This document shows positions 35,501 to 49,100 of a stretch of DNA of 64,000 nt, one piece after another. Position 1 is the first letter of the stretch, and every line of letters starts with the position of its first letter. The notes beneath the pieces are model-generated. The model ran no database searches and was not told where the DNA came from. It was given only the letters and a program-made list of their open reading frames with translations. Origin of the DNA: Cyanophora paradoxa CCMP329. Taxonomy: Eukaryota > Plantae > Glaucophyta. Made by a program: the position numbers and the translations under genes. The stretch is taken from contig QPMI01000117.1 in assembly GCA_004431415.1 (NCBI GenBank), forward strand, positions 248,001 through 312,000, read 5' to 3'.

Positions 35501-37217
35501 CACGCGGCTGCTCGACCCGGGCGAGGTGGACCCGCTCCCGCCCTCCCTCGTCCCGCTCGTCCCGCTGCTCGCGGGGCGCGAGCCCGCCGCCTGCACCGCC
35601 GCCGAGGCGCTTGCGCTATGGGAGCCGTTCCTCGACCCGGTACGAATTCCGTGCTGATCTTTTACTGTCCGGCCTCTGATGCCGGACCGGGCGCGCGCAG
35701 CAAGTGCACAGGACTCTCGCTGCGATCCTGTCCGACCCGTTCCGGGTGCATATGCATCCGATGTAGAAGAAATCTTGTTCAAGTTCTCAAAACTTTCTGC
35801 TGAATCCTGCCACATGCGCAGCTCGCCGCGGAAGGGAAGGACACGGTGATCCCGATGGAAGGTTTCCTGAAGGGCGCCCCCGGCGTGCAGGAAGGCGACC
35901 CGTCCCTCGATGTGCGCGCACCCCGCTTTCGATCTCTGATAGAAAGCGACTCCCTTACTGCCGGCCTCGCTTAATCGCCTCGCGCAGCTGACGCAGGAGA
36001 ACGCGGAGCGGCTGATCAAGCGGGCCGCCCAGTGGCAGTGCATCGACTCCCGGCGCCCGCACATCGACGCCATGCGGGTGCGCCGTCCAAACATTCCAGC
36101 TCGCCCGACGCGGTCAGACCTGCGCCTTGCAGGAGGGATTCCAGAGCGTCCTCGGGGGCTCGCGATCGGCGGACGCGAAACCGGCGGCGCAGGGCTGGCG
36201 CAACGTATCCGAGGCCCTCGCACAGGCTCGCCCAAATCATTCTACCGCTCGCCCGTCGTCCAGCCTGGCAGGAATCCGATCTGACCGACCCCGGATCCGC
36301 CCGATCCTCGTAAGCAGGTGTACCCCGAGGAGCTCGACTTGCTCGTCGCGGGTGCGATTTCGACTCTTTCTTCTGCTAGCGAGCAGACTCTCAACGACTC
36401 GCAGGCCAGCCGTGGACGGCCGACCTTCTCATCTTGAACGTGATCGCATCTTTATTTTCGACTTATCTCTCTTTGTCTCGACCAACTCTAAATCCCTCCG
36501 TTCGCGCAGCTCCGATTCGACGAGGGCTGGAAGGACTATCCGAAGGCGTGTGCTCGCTGAAGCGGGTCGAACCCCAGCCTCTTCGCCCGTCTGACGCCCC
36601 CTTTCCCCCCGCAGGACCAGGAGCTCCTCCAGGAGTGGCTTTTTGGGGCGTTCCGGAGCGGCGAGATCAGCCCTTCGCGCTTCGCAGAGTTCGCCGGTGC
36701 GTTGGATTTGTTAATATTAGTCGTTAACCGTTTCTGTCGAGGCCACAGAGTTTAATCGCGTTCCGTCGACAGGCCGGGCGTCTGTGCCTCTCGACGGCGA
36801 GCTCATGGGGTGCGGCCGCTATCTCCAGCTTTAGCCTGCCGTGGCCGCCGGACAACGACGCCTCGAGCTTTGATTGTTTATTTACATGTCCGGATGCAGG
36901 CGGATCAACGTGAAGCCATGGGTCAAGCGGGAGCCCGTCGCAGAGGGCTCCATCCGGCACCGGACCGCCCTCGAGCGCTTCCCGCGCCTCCCGCGCGCCC
37001 ACACCTGCTCCGACGTGGTGCCTGCAGCCTCTCCAAGCTTGCGTGCCATCGAGCCGACAACCGCGCGCGCGCTGCGCAGGTGGTCCTGCCGGGGCCGCCC
37101 GAGCCCGCGGCCGGGGGCGCCGGCGCCGGCGCCGGCGCGGATCGCGGGGAGGGGCGCCGGGTCTTCGTCGCGTGCATGAGCCTCGCCCTCGCCGCTAGCT
37201 CCTTCGAGCTCAAGTAG
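29589..37217 (+). CDS. multi-exon HECT E3 ubiquitin ligase with GLEBS motif and long coiled coil (5' end uncertain)
   Basis: HECT motifs LEVTFAGETGVDQSGLSREFF (~34780-34845), YRFIGVALARAL, IDAMREGF, PEELDLLVAG, LPRAHTC (Cys 37006-37008), terminal SFELK*; GLEBS at ~32250-32310; coiled-coil exons 32.6-34.5 kb. Confidence 0.85.
31033..31116 (+). repeat. 42-bp in-frame tandem duplication (ALKQAAKATTKAKP x2)
   Basis: Two near-identical 42-nt units ending at a donor site. Confidence 0.9.
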
Positions 37218-38282
37218 CCGTGCAGTAGTACTAGTAGTACTAGTAGTAGTACTAGTAGCCTGCCAGGCTGGCAGCACCGTGCACGTGCACATGCCACGCG
37301 CACGACACACGTGCGAAATCCGAAGCGCGATGTGTATCCGTACTACAACTTCCTGTCACGACTCGGGGGGCTTGCAATCTATGACGTCGACAGTGAATAA
37401 GCATGCAGAACCAAGGAGACCGAAGTTTCTAGGAAAATTGATCTTCTTAACTTCCAAGGCTGTGAGCTTTCTGAGAGCGACAAGTGATCCGGATCCCAGC
37501 GTTGACAGCTGTAGCTCGTTTTATCTACTAGTGGCCCGGCCGCGTTTTGGCGCGCCGGGGGTGCAAGGGGGGAATCTGGATCTAATGAAAGAGTAGTAGT
37601 GGCACGAACATGCACGGGGCAGATGTAGATCGACCCCGGCCCAGCGCGCGCGGCAGGTTGAAGTAGTAAAGATAGAGACAGATTATATATGATTGTAAAG
37701 AGTAGAAAAGGGCTGTTATGCAGAGGCTGCGATCTAACCGAATAAAGAAAATCCTGAAAGAACGGCCAGATTGAGCGCACTGTATATGAAAGATTGTTCT
37801 GGAGCGAAAAAACGCTGCGCATCATTTGTGTGCGCGCGGCCTACCGCTAACCCTGAACAGCTGGCTAAAAGATGATGGTGCTGTCTGCAGAGGGCTCGCC
37901 GTAAACATAGGCGATCCAGGCCTTCTGCAGGGGGTCGGGGCGGAAGTCGACCATGGGGGTGAGCGGCAGCCAGCGGCGCCGGTCATGAAGAGGGCGACAA
38001 CGCAAACTGAAGCCTGATCCGTCACGAGCGGCAAGCGGTGTGCAGCGGAGCGCCGTGCCCAGCAACCTAGCTGGACTGCTGGCCGGGTGGCAGGCGGCAA
38101 GGGCGCAGGCACGCGGCGCAACGCAGGGCGTAAGCGGGGCGCCGACTGAGCAGACAAGCGGCACGTCGTGCGCAACACGCGAACTGGTCTGCTGGCCGGG
38201 TGCCGTGCGCAGCCGGTGCTGCGCATGCGGTGCAAGCTCGATGCACTGAAAAGTAGTCCAGGCGGCACGTCTACCGTGCGGC

Positions 38283-38455
38283 GTACGCGGCGCACTGCAG
38301 CTGCGATGAAGCGGAAATCTAGAGGACACAGCTAGAGAGAAGTGGTTCCATGCAGAACCGCGCAACGAAGAGCAAGGTGTACGCGACGCACTGCGAGGAA
38401 GCCGAAATCTAGAGGAGACAGCTCAGGAGAACTGGTTCCATGCAGAACCGCGCAA
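38283..38455. repeat. ~96-bp imperfect tandem duplication
   Basis: GTACGCG.CGCACTGC...GAAATCTAGAGGA.ACAGCT...TGGTTCCATGCAGAACCGCGCAA twice. Confidence 0.85.
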
Positions 38456-38792
38456 GGAATTCGAAGACAGGAGTGAGAGAGAAGTTATATAATTATATAA
38501 TTAGTTTTCCCCTCGAAAACCAGTTTTTCCCCTCGACTTTGACGCTCGAAAGTCGAGAGCTGACCGGTTCACCGAGCCAATCGGAACGCGAATAAGCCTC
38601 TTTTTTGTTGCAAACTGGACCTCGAAAACGGCCTCATAGAAAACTTTTGGCTGAAGCGAGGGAACGGGAAGCAAGGGGGGGAAGACCTTCGGTCTTCTTT
38701 TCCCCCCTTGCAACATGTAGTGCAGGCTGTGCCCGGCACGGCCCGTCGGCGGTCCGGCACGTGCACTATAGCTAGTACTGCAGCAGGACTCA

Positions 38793-39960
38793 GTGAACCA
38801 CTTTTGCCGGCTCCGGATCCGTGCGCTTCGAAATTCCGGCTCCGCCACGTGCACGCTGCTCCGCTTCCGAAGTTCCGGATCGATATCACCGCAGCTTCGA
38901 CTCCGGCTCCGCCACGCTCTCCGCGCTCCACGAAGCGATGAAGAACCATATTTCCCGGCTTCACGAGCCTCCGAGACTAACGGCTGCAATTGCTGGTCCG
39001 TTACTTGAATAGCCTTTTTTGCGCTTGAATTCCGGCTCCTGCACGTCCGAACTTCATTTCCCGGCTTCCCAAAAATGATATCCATGCAGAGGCTGACACG
39101 TTCGCGAATCTTATCCGGATCCGACTGCAGCTGAACCACTTTGCTGCGCATATTGTTGCCCCCCACCCAGCTTGACCGGTCAACGGGTGTTAAACTTTCG
39201 ACGGGCCGGGGCCCGAGGGCTTAAAGAACCACATCCAACTTTTGGAAAGATTATCAATGGGCGCTCTTCGTTTTTTTCTGTTTTCCTTGCCAAATCTTTT
39301 TTCCTTTTTGTTGTTTTTCGTTTTCGGTAAATGGTCATTCATGAATTCGAAGGAACATAGATGCATGCGCATGCGATTGGGCTTGTACGTGTACTGCAGC
39401 TCTGTGCATCACAGTGTATGCATGTAGCTATAGGTTGGTACTATAGCTCTAGCTAGCTAGCTAGCTAGCTATAGATGTATACGTACCCGGCGGCCGCAGT
39501 GCAGGCTGCGCAGCTGCATGTAAATGTGTGCAGGTGCATATGCATGCATGCGCAGCTGCAGCTGAGGCGGCGCTGCAGCTCGACCCGGTGAACCACTTTT
39601 GCCGGCTCCGCTCGCTTCAAAATTCCGGCTCCCGGAGTCCGCCACGTATACGTACACGCGCGAACGTTAACGCTGCTCCGCTTCGGGATCCCCGCAGCTC
39701 GAGCTCCGCTAGCGCTTTCGGCTCTGCCACGCTCCACGCCCCACGAAGCGATGAAGAACCACATTTCCCGGCTTCGCGAGCCTCCGAGTTTAACGGCTGC
39801 GCATGCAATTGCTAGTGCTGTGTTCGTCAAATTTGCTTTTCTAGTCCGTTGCGATATCGATTGCTCTGCCACGCTCCACGCTCCACGAAGCGATGAAGAA
39901 CCACATTTCCCGGCTTCGCGAGCCTCCGAGTCTAACGGCTGCAATTGCTAGTCCTGTGCT
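38793..39960. repeat. intergenic direct-repeat family (3 copies)
   Basis: CCACGAAGCGATGAAGAACCA(T/C)ATTTCCCGGCTTC.CGAGCCTCCGAG..TAACGGCTGC at ~38928, ~39741 and ~39883; GTGAACCACTTTTGCCGGCTCCG at 38793 and 39588. Confidence 0.85.
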
Positions 39961-40113
39961 CGTGGAATTCGCTTGTCTAGTCCGCTGCTTGCTAGCGCTC
40001 AGCGGCTCCACGAACGCTCAGCCCGGCAGTTTGCCCGTCAGCGCTCAGCGGCTGCGAGTTGCAAAACGCATGTGCATCGCCTAGCTATAGCCGCTGAGCG
40101 TTCCGCAGTGCGG

Positions 40114-43100
40114 ATGTCTTCGAACGAGAACGCTAGCTTGTCTACGGTGCCGAAGACCGCCAACGCCGACCCCCGCGGGCGACGTATTTCCAGGGTTCAA
40201 GCGTTCGCCGTCTACCTCGGGTACGTTTGCGGCCTGTCCACTTGCCGAGTTGCCGAGTCGATTTTTTGCGCCTGCTGCTGCAATTCTCTTAGCGCTGTCG
40301 CAGACCTGTAACACCTGCAAACGCTCCTGAAGTCTCGGCGACCCTAGGCCTTCTTGGCGTTGAAAAAAGGCCTAGGCCTTTCGACCTCGTGGTCTTAGGC
40401 GCGTCGAAGCATGCGCGCGCTCGCGGCTAGATGTCCTAAGCGCAGACCGACACCGACTGATCGTGAACGCAGACCCCGCCGCTGTCCAGGTTGACGTGCG
40501 GGACCTAGGCCTGCAGCCGCGGTCGGAGTTGGCTGCAACAGCCGGATCTTCAGCGGAGGGCGCCGGACCTGTGCACTTCGTCGCGCGCTTTGACCTCGCG
40601 GATGCCGATTGCAAGCTTAAGGGCACCCTCGCGATCGGTGCGCGTGCGAATCTATATGCTTCGATTCGATGCGATTAAATTAGTTGTGACGCCCGTTGTA
40701 CATGCGCTGATGCCCCGTATACGCACGCGTGTGCAGAGCGCTGGAAGGAGGCCGAGGCGAAAGGATTCGACGGGGTGCTGCTCGCGGGCGTGGGGGCGGC
40801 CAAGTCGCCGAGCGCGGTTGCGGCCCTGGTGGAGCGGCTGGCAGAGCAGAAGCCCCTCGGCGAGCGCCCGCTTCTTTTCCTCGAGGACGGGGCTGCGGTC
40901 TTCCGGCAGCCAGCGGCCCGCTCGCTGCTCTCGGGAGTCCTCTTGACAGACCTTTGCGTCAACTCCGATGGCTCGCCGCGGTGTGCGAGCTCGAGCCTCC
41001 GATCGCGATTCCAATTATATCTAATATTAATTAAATTAGCCGACGGCGCCGCGGCCTCGAGCTCTGACTCTGGAATACCCAGGGTCTGGTACGGCGAGGC
41101 GTGGCGCAAAACACGGGAGTACCGCGACGAGGTGAGCTGAGTAATATAGATCCGGAGGGGCCCGGCCCGGCGCCGATTTACGGGACGGCAGCTGCTGGAG
41201 GAAACGCGGACGCGGGCGGGGTTCGTGGTGCTGGCGGTGGGAGTCGCGCCGAGCGAGCGGCACGCGCGGCCGGAGGTGGTGCGGCGCTTCGCGAACCTGA
41301 CGAGCGAGTACCCCATCGCGGGCTACTTCTCGAGCGACCCGACCTTCAAGGACCTCGGCGCCGTCCGCCCGCTGCGCCTCGGGCACTCGCCGCTGGCCCT
41401 GCTCTCCTCCGACCCACAGGCCCGCGGCCGTCGCCCTCTGGCCGCATCAAAATCGCGTGGGCCGCTCACGGGAAGCCGCGCACGGCATACGCAGGTTCGG
41501 CGCTTGGACGCCGCGGGGGAGCGGGCGGGCGGCCTGCCTGGTGTCCCCGAGCATCTGCTCACGCGCGAGGAGGCGGGCGGACCGGAGGCGGCCACCGCAT
41601 GCCTCTCCACGCCGATCGCAGCAGCCCTCGCCACCGCCGCCCAACTCCTCGCCGAGCGCCGTGCATTTCTTTCATTCTTTGATTTTCCCGTCCTGGCCAT
41701 GCTGCGCAAGGAATAAATTCGAATCCGCGCAGCGGAAGCGGAGCGGACGTGGTCGGCCTGGCTGGCGGAAAGCGCAGTGGCGCTGGAGGAGGCCTGCGCG
41801 GGGCGCGAGGCGGTCACCCTCCTTCGTGAGGCAGCGGTTGCGGAGCGCAATTCACGGGCGGATCTCGCGATCGATATCACGGGCGGCATGGAAGGCAACG
41901 GCGATCGCGACGTGAAGAGCGGCGTCGCGGCGGCGACGCTCGAGCTTCCCGCGACGTGGGCGGGGGACGCGTTGAACGCAGGCACGAGCGACTGGAGCTG
42001 GCGGGGCGGGGCAGCGGCGATCGGACAGTGGGAGCTCTGCTGCGGAGTGCCGAGCGAGGCGGCCGTGCGGCGAGTCGTCGCGGTCCAGCGGGCGCTGCGG
42101 CTCGGCGGCACGTTGCTGAAGATCTCCACCCCACGCGTCGCGGAGGTAATTTATATTTATATCTATGAATAACGCATATGTCATTACGTTGCCGTGGCTG
42201 AACCTCAGCACGCGCACGCATTTATATAATTATGTAGGCCTTCGACGGCGGGTGCGCTGCTGCAGCGCGCGCGGTTGCAATTGCAATCGCACGGGAATTC
42301 GACGTCGCTGACGGGCCGCAGGACGGAGAAGAACCCGCAGCGACCGCTGCTGCAGCGGGAAATGCGGGAGGCAATCGCGCTGCTGGAGGCGGCGGCCGCG
42401 GACGCTGCGCCCCACGCTGCGCTGCTGGGGCCCTTCGCGGCCGGCGGCCCGCTCGCGGAGGCGGCGCCTTTCCGGCTGCTGCAGCGGGTGGTGGAGGCGC
42501 TGCGGAATTCGAAGGGCGAGGGGCTTCCGGGACCCGCTGTCCACGTCTGGTCCTCGGGTGCGCCGGCGCCGCCCTTCGCATAAATTCGAACGAGCCATGT
42601 TGCTGATCATCATGACGCGGCACGGCCAGACCACGTGAGCCTCGCGGTCGACGCGGCGGAGGGCCCGCTGCGCTTCTTCACCGTCGCGGAGATCGAGGCC
42701 GACCCGCCCGCCCTGCACGGTGCCGTCATTATTGGCGAACGTCGCAAATTAAACAGCTTTGATTCCGATGGCTTAACATTAGCCCAGTGTACGTGCGGCG
42801 GCCGCCGGAGCCGCACGCGCACCCGAACGTGGCGGAGGCGGTCCTCTTCTGCGCGCTGCGCGCCGGCGGCTACCCGCCGGCGCAAGCGCGGCTGCTGGTG
42901 CGCTTTTCTATCTTTTATAAAAACGAACTTCATTCCACCAAACAAGTTCGACAGAGCGCGATGGCGCGGCGCCCGTCAGAGAGAGACGAGGAGGGCGCTC
43001 GCGATCACGGCTCTAAGGCTGCGCCCCTCGCGATCGGCGACACGGCGCGCGCGGAGGTTCTCCTCGCGTCCCTTCGGGAGCTTCAGGTCTGATCATGATC

Positions 43101-46100
43101 ACATAATGATCGAATCGGACGCATACAGACCTGATTCGAATTCGCGCGTTCGAATACGGCAGGCCTTGGTGCTGAGCTGCGCTGCGCGAGCGGAGGCGAT
43201 GGAGCGCGACGAGCTCCTGCTGGCGGAGGAGCGGACGGCGCTCGCCTCGATGGAGCGCTGCATCCTGGCGGCCGCGCTCGCCCGCATGTCCTCCCACGGC
43301 CTGCGGATCTCGGCGCGGGGCCGCGCCACGTGCGCAACCCGCCCATAATTCTAAGGCGCCGCTCACGCCGCGCAGTGCGGAGACGCTTCGAAAGGCGGAG
43401 GACCGGGGGACGGAGGACCCCTGGCTGCAGCTGGTGCGGCGGGCGCTGTGGCAGCCGGAGACGATGGCGGAGTCGCTGCGGCCGCTGCTGGCCGCGCTCG
43501 CCGTCGGCTGCGACGTCTGCCGCCGTCCGCCGGGCGCCGCCGCGCGGGCCGTGATCGCAGCTCCGATTTCTGCACTCCGAGCATGGTGAGCAAGGTTTAA
43601 ATTTAATCTATTTTGTAACATTTATCCGATGATCCCATGATCATTGATCGCGTGCAGCGCGTTCGACGAGCTGGAGGTGACGTGCAGGGACCGAGCCTTG
43701 ACTTCCCCCTGTCAGATCCTTTCATCTTCTTGTGTAATTCAATTTCTCCTGAGCTTATATCACTGATCATAAATCCGCGAGCAGACTTCGTCAACGTTCC
43801 TGACGTCACAAGTACGTATCTATACGTTGCCCTTTTACGCGACTTGTGCGCAACCCCGGAAGTGATTATGGCTGCTCAGCAATTTATACGGAATGGACGG
43901 GCATGCGGAGCGAGCAAGCGGAAAACGTGTTCGGCCTGTCGAAGTACAAACTATGCGAGAATTTCCTTCACGAGCGGGTGCGCGCGTTTACATGATATAA
44001 TTATGGTGGAGGCGTCAACCCGCGCGCGTGCTGCAGCTGATCATGATTGCTCTGATTTTGCAGATTCGGAGAGATATGGCGTCAGAAGACCCAGACCCCG
44101 AGTCGATATGGCCGCCGCCACCTCTTCCATCCACACGTGAAGCAGCATCGAAGTGGATCCGGAAATTTGTGGACGGGCTCTTCTTTCAGGTAAACGCCTG
44201 ACTGTAAATAAAAATTGCGGTCTCAATAAAATACGTATACGCAGGTGCCGCTTGTGCTCCAACTAGTGCTCTTCGCGGTGTGGGGCGTCGGGCCGTTCTC
44301 GTCTCGAGGACTCGACCCCTCCGTCTCCGTCGCTCTGACCGTGGCTCTCTACGTTGCTCTCATTCTGTCGGCCGCGTCCAATCAGGCGCGCGCGTGCTCT
44401 AGAGTGCAGTTAGAAGTTTTTGTACAGAACTGACGAAGCGGAGCAGGGCGTCTCGCTCTTCGTGTATTGCTACAAGTTTCAGGCCTCTTACTCCCTCATG
44501 AAGGCTTCGATTGCGCAAATGACCCTGGTCTGTTCTTTTCTGCTCGCCCTCTTCGTCTTGGACTGACCGTCTACAGGCGTCCCTCGTCCTGTACATCGTT
44601 GGCGGCGGTGGAGCCGCCATTTCCATCTACCGCGCCGTGCGTTTAATTTAATTTCTTCTAGAAGACACCTTTATACATGTTGTCGAGTTTCGTGTCAGTT
44701 CGATGACTGGCGGCTCGCGGCGGTCTTCCTCGTCTACGTGCTCCTGTTCGCCTTCCTCGTGTCGCTGACGGCGGTGCTCTACGCGCTGCACCCGACGGGC
44801 TCCTCGGCCTGGAAGTCGGCCGAGGGGCACGCCATCATCTCCGCCATGTTCGCCGCCGTTCTGTGCTCCCTCCTGCTGGACTTCGCGGTTCGCCCCGGCG
44901 ACGTCTGGCGACGCGAGTACAACCACCTCGCCGCCCTTGCTGCCGCCGACGTCCTGTTGGGCTACTTCTCCGCTGCCCAACTGCAGCACCACAACACCGC
45001 TTTCGACACCGTCAAGCCCACCCCCGAGGCTGACATCGTTGCGGTAAGCGTTGACTTCAACTGTCCGGACGGCGACGCGCCCTTAAAATTACCATTCCCG
45101 CAGTGGTACGCGCGGCGCAGGCGCCAGCCCCCGGCCCCGTTGAAGTTGAGCGACGAGACAGCCGACACCATTGCTGTAATTGCCTCCTTACTTTAATTTA
45201 TCACTACTTTACATTCCCGTCTGAAATTACATCGCAGTGCCTGGAGTGGTGGACGCGTGCTGAGGGGACGCTCCTCACTGCGGAAATGGCGAAGAACAGC
45301 GAGGCACTGGCGGCCGCTCGCAAGGCCCGGGACCGCTTCGTCACCGACGCTCGGGTACGTGGTCGCTTGCTCAATCGACGGCCGCAGCATCGTGTGACGT
45401 GGGCGTGTGCCGGCGCCAGGCGAAATTCGCGGCGGAGTGCGCACAGGCGGCGCACCGCGGCAGGTTCATGGGTCGCTGGATGCCGTTTCTCGCCGGGCGG
45501 GCGACTTTCGACGAGGTGTGCGAAATTTCCGGAGTCTCGAATTAGCGTCGTAAACGTTTTCGCGTCTAATTCGAGAGGCATGCGCAGCTCGTGCTTCCTC
45601 GTGCACAAAACCTGGATGCCGAGAGCACTCTCGTGCAGTGGACATCGGTGCACCCGCGCGCCCGTGCCCGCGCGCATCATTCGCTTTGCGCAAGCGAGCG
45701 GGCGCGCCTCATTCGCGTGCAGGGGTACACGATGAAGGCGGTCCCGCCCCCGTTCACGAGGGAGTGGGACGAGCTCCTGGGGGAGGGCGTCGCGGCCTTC
45801 TCGGTCAAGCGGCGCGTGGACACCCCGCACCGGGGCGGCGCCGCGTTCGACGCCGTCATCCCGCACGCGATCGCCGGAGCGCTCTTCTTCGTCCTCCTCT
45901 TCTCCGACCGCCTCGTCCGCTTCTCCTTCGCGCCCCTCGAGTGCGCATTTTAGAATTCGTTTCGAATTCATTCCCGACTTCAGCTTCAACTCACACTGTA
46001 CGGTCATCGCTTCAGGACGACCGCACAATACGAAACGGCGCTGAACGTGGCTGTGATGGTGCTCATTGCCTGCAGCTGCTCCATGGAGACGCTTTGGGGC

Positions 46101-49100
46101 CGCCTTCCCTCCCTTGCGCGAGCTTGGCCGAAGGTACGCGAAATTTGATCCGAACAAATGAATTTAAGTATCCGCACGCACACGTGCACCAATCCGCTCC
46201 GCGGCAGCTGCGTGTCGGAGTGGACGGCGCCACGCCGCAGGCGGTGATGAAGGAAGAGGAGCGGCAGCGCAACCGTCTCTTCTTCTCGGAAATTGCCGTG
46301 CGCGTCGATCCTCGATCTGCTATGCTTGCATGCTTTGACGCTAGCGCTTGCGCAGCGCCTCGGGGCATTGTTCCTCGTGGTAGTAGGCCTGGGCGCCGCA
46401 CTCATCCATTTCACGCAAGCGACCGCGTGCGCTAATCTTTGTGTATTGTGCTGCCTCGCCTGCTATCTTCTAATCGGCTTGCAATTGCGACTGATATTAA
46501 TATTATTCCGTGCAATTTCCGTAGCGGCGGCTTCTCAGTGAAGGGATGGATAATCTACAGCATCGCTTGTGTTGCCTTTTTGGGTCTTCAGGTTTGTGTC
46601 TCTTAGGCTTAAGCTTCTGGCGCCGGCAAATGCAAAACATCAAGTTCATGCCAATTCGAGTCGATAAATCAAATTCTGAAGCCTTTTTTGCAGGTGATGT
46701 ACTGCACCGAGATATTCTATCGGTGCTGTTGGATTCCGGTTCGCAATTGTTGAGAATGAATTCCTCTAGATCTGATCTTCAATATTAATCATTGTCATTA
46801 TCACGTGCACAGTGGAAAGAGGAGCACATGAAGAAAACGCTCGTGGCTTGGAGCTACGTCGTGGGCTGCAGCGTCGGTTTCCCTGCGGGCTGCATTGCTG
46901 GTTCGTACCGGGCACTTGGTCGTGCGATTTCGGGTCGCATATTCACACCGCACAATTGCAAACAGTGAAGTTCACGGGCAATCTGGACTTTGCTCTTTTA
47001 GCGCCGCTGGCCGGGACCTGGTCAGGCTTCGTCTTCCACAAGGTAAATGCAGTTTTGTCCCAACGTCTCAAAGCTATAGAATATCGGTTCCAAGCTAGGA
47101 ATCGCTGAATCAATTCGCCTCAGATTTTGTTGTACTTCGAGGGGGCGCACGGCTGGTTCGACGGCATCCCGCTCCTCTCCCGCCAGGCCGCCCGCTTCGA
47201 CGACCCGGACCCGAAGGCGCGCCCGCCCCTCCAGAGACATCCCGCGTCGGTCGCAGTCGCTCACGGCGGTCGCGCAGGAGGCGGCGGAGGCGGAGCGGGG
47301 CGCTCGCTGCGTGGCGGTGCGGCTCGTCGGGCAGCCGTGCCCCGCCGCGCCGGAGGAGATCGGCGCCCTCGCCGCGCGCCTCGAGCTCGCGACGGCCAGG
47401 CCGGACTCTGGCGGCGTCCGTGCCGTCTCCAGCGCCGTCCGCGGCGCCGCAGCCACCCTTTGCGGGCTGGCGTCGCGGCGCCTTGGGCGGGGCGGCTTCC
47501 ACTCGGCGCTGCTGAGCGCCGTGCCGGCGGGGCCCGAGCTGCTCGCCGAGGCCCACGACGCCTTCGCCGACGGCGAGGGGCTTCAGGTGCGTACTGCGAC
47601 GTCGACCGATTTCCACGCGCGGGAGGCCTTCGAAATATTCTTGATTCGGGGGTGGCCGTGGCCGCAGGTGTATGTCGTGTCGGATGGCTTCGTTGCCAGC
47701 GAAGGAGCGGGCACAGTGCTTGTACGCGGCCTTGCCACCTCCGGGCGGTACGTTGTTCTCGCACTTCAGCTAACACATAAATAGGCTTTGCATATTTTAG
47801 ACGTCGAATAATATGTATTAACGGTTACTTTGCACGCAGGTACCCCCTGGCGGCGCTGCACGTGCCTGCCAGCTGGTCCCATCGCTCATCGCCGGTGCGT
47901 CCCTGCGAAATCAAACTGGCCATGACTGGCTATGGCAGCCGAGCGGCTAAGAAGCGCCCCTTGCAAATGTAGGCCCGGCTGTTCGTGTCGGAGGCGGCGG
48001 TCGGCGATGGGGAGCGCCCCGCTGCGGCGGCGGTGGCGGAGCTGATGCTGCATGCGCTCGACAAGGCGCGCCGGCGGGCCGACCCGGAGGCCGCCGCGTT
48101 CGGCCCGGCGGACGACGACGCGCCCGGCGGCACGGGCGCCACAGCCGCCGAGCTTCTGCTGAGCGAGCAGGACCCGCCGGCGCCGGACTACGTCCCCGCC
48201 CGCTTCCTGCCGCAGCTGCGGCGCTGCGACGGCGGCGCGCTGGCGGTGCTGGCGGCGCGGGCGCACTCCTCTGCAGCGGTGGTGGCGCTGGCTGGGGTCG
48301 ACGTGGACCGGCGCTGGGCGGAGCTGCCGTGGGGCGCCCGCGCCATCGCCCTCGCGTGCCTCGCGGGAAGCCCCCAGGAGGCTGCCGCTGCCGCTGGGGA
48401 TGCCGCCCTGCGCGCGTCGCTCGCGGAGCTGTACGGCCGCCCCGTCGAGCCCGCCGCCTGGCACGAGGCTTGTGGTGCGCTATTTCGCTCCTTGCGAAAA
48501 TTTAACCGGCTTGCAAAAACAGTGCGCCGCAACGGTTTTCGCAGCGCGCGGACAGATTCTGGCCCGCCTCGCGCACGCGGTCGGGCGCGCGGCGCGGGAG
48601 GAGGCCGCAGCGAGGCCCGCCGAAGCGCTCGCGCTGGAGCTGCCGGAGCCGGAGGCCGCCCCGTTGCCCCTCGTATGTCCAAGATTCGAATTCGAATTCA
48701 TGCGCATGACCTAAATCGTCCTAACGCGGCGGCGCAGGGGAGCGAACGGCTGGCACCAGAGGACTTGTTCGTGCGTCTGCCGCGGGCGCCGGACTCGCTC
48801 GCGGCGCGGGCGCTGGAGCAGCTGCACGTGCGCGGTCCGCGCCACTCTTTTCACTGCGTTCTCAAAATTAGCGCGCGCAGCTTATTGCTCGCCTCTGGTT
48901 CCTTGCCGTGACGGGCGACCCCTCTTTCCCCGCCGAGTCCGTGCTCTCGCTTCGCAAATTCTGCGTCAAAGATGTCATGCCGGCAAAGATGCTAAGGGCG
49001 TTCGACGTCGCAGGTATGGCTACGCCCTGCACGGACCACGCGAGCCGGGACCCGACGCCGCTGTTCGCGCCGGCTGCCTCGCCTGGCCGCTCTACCCGTG

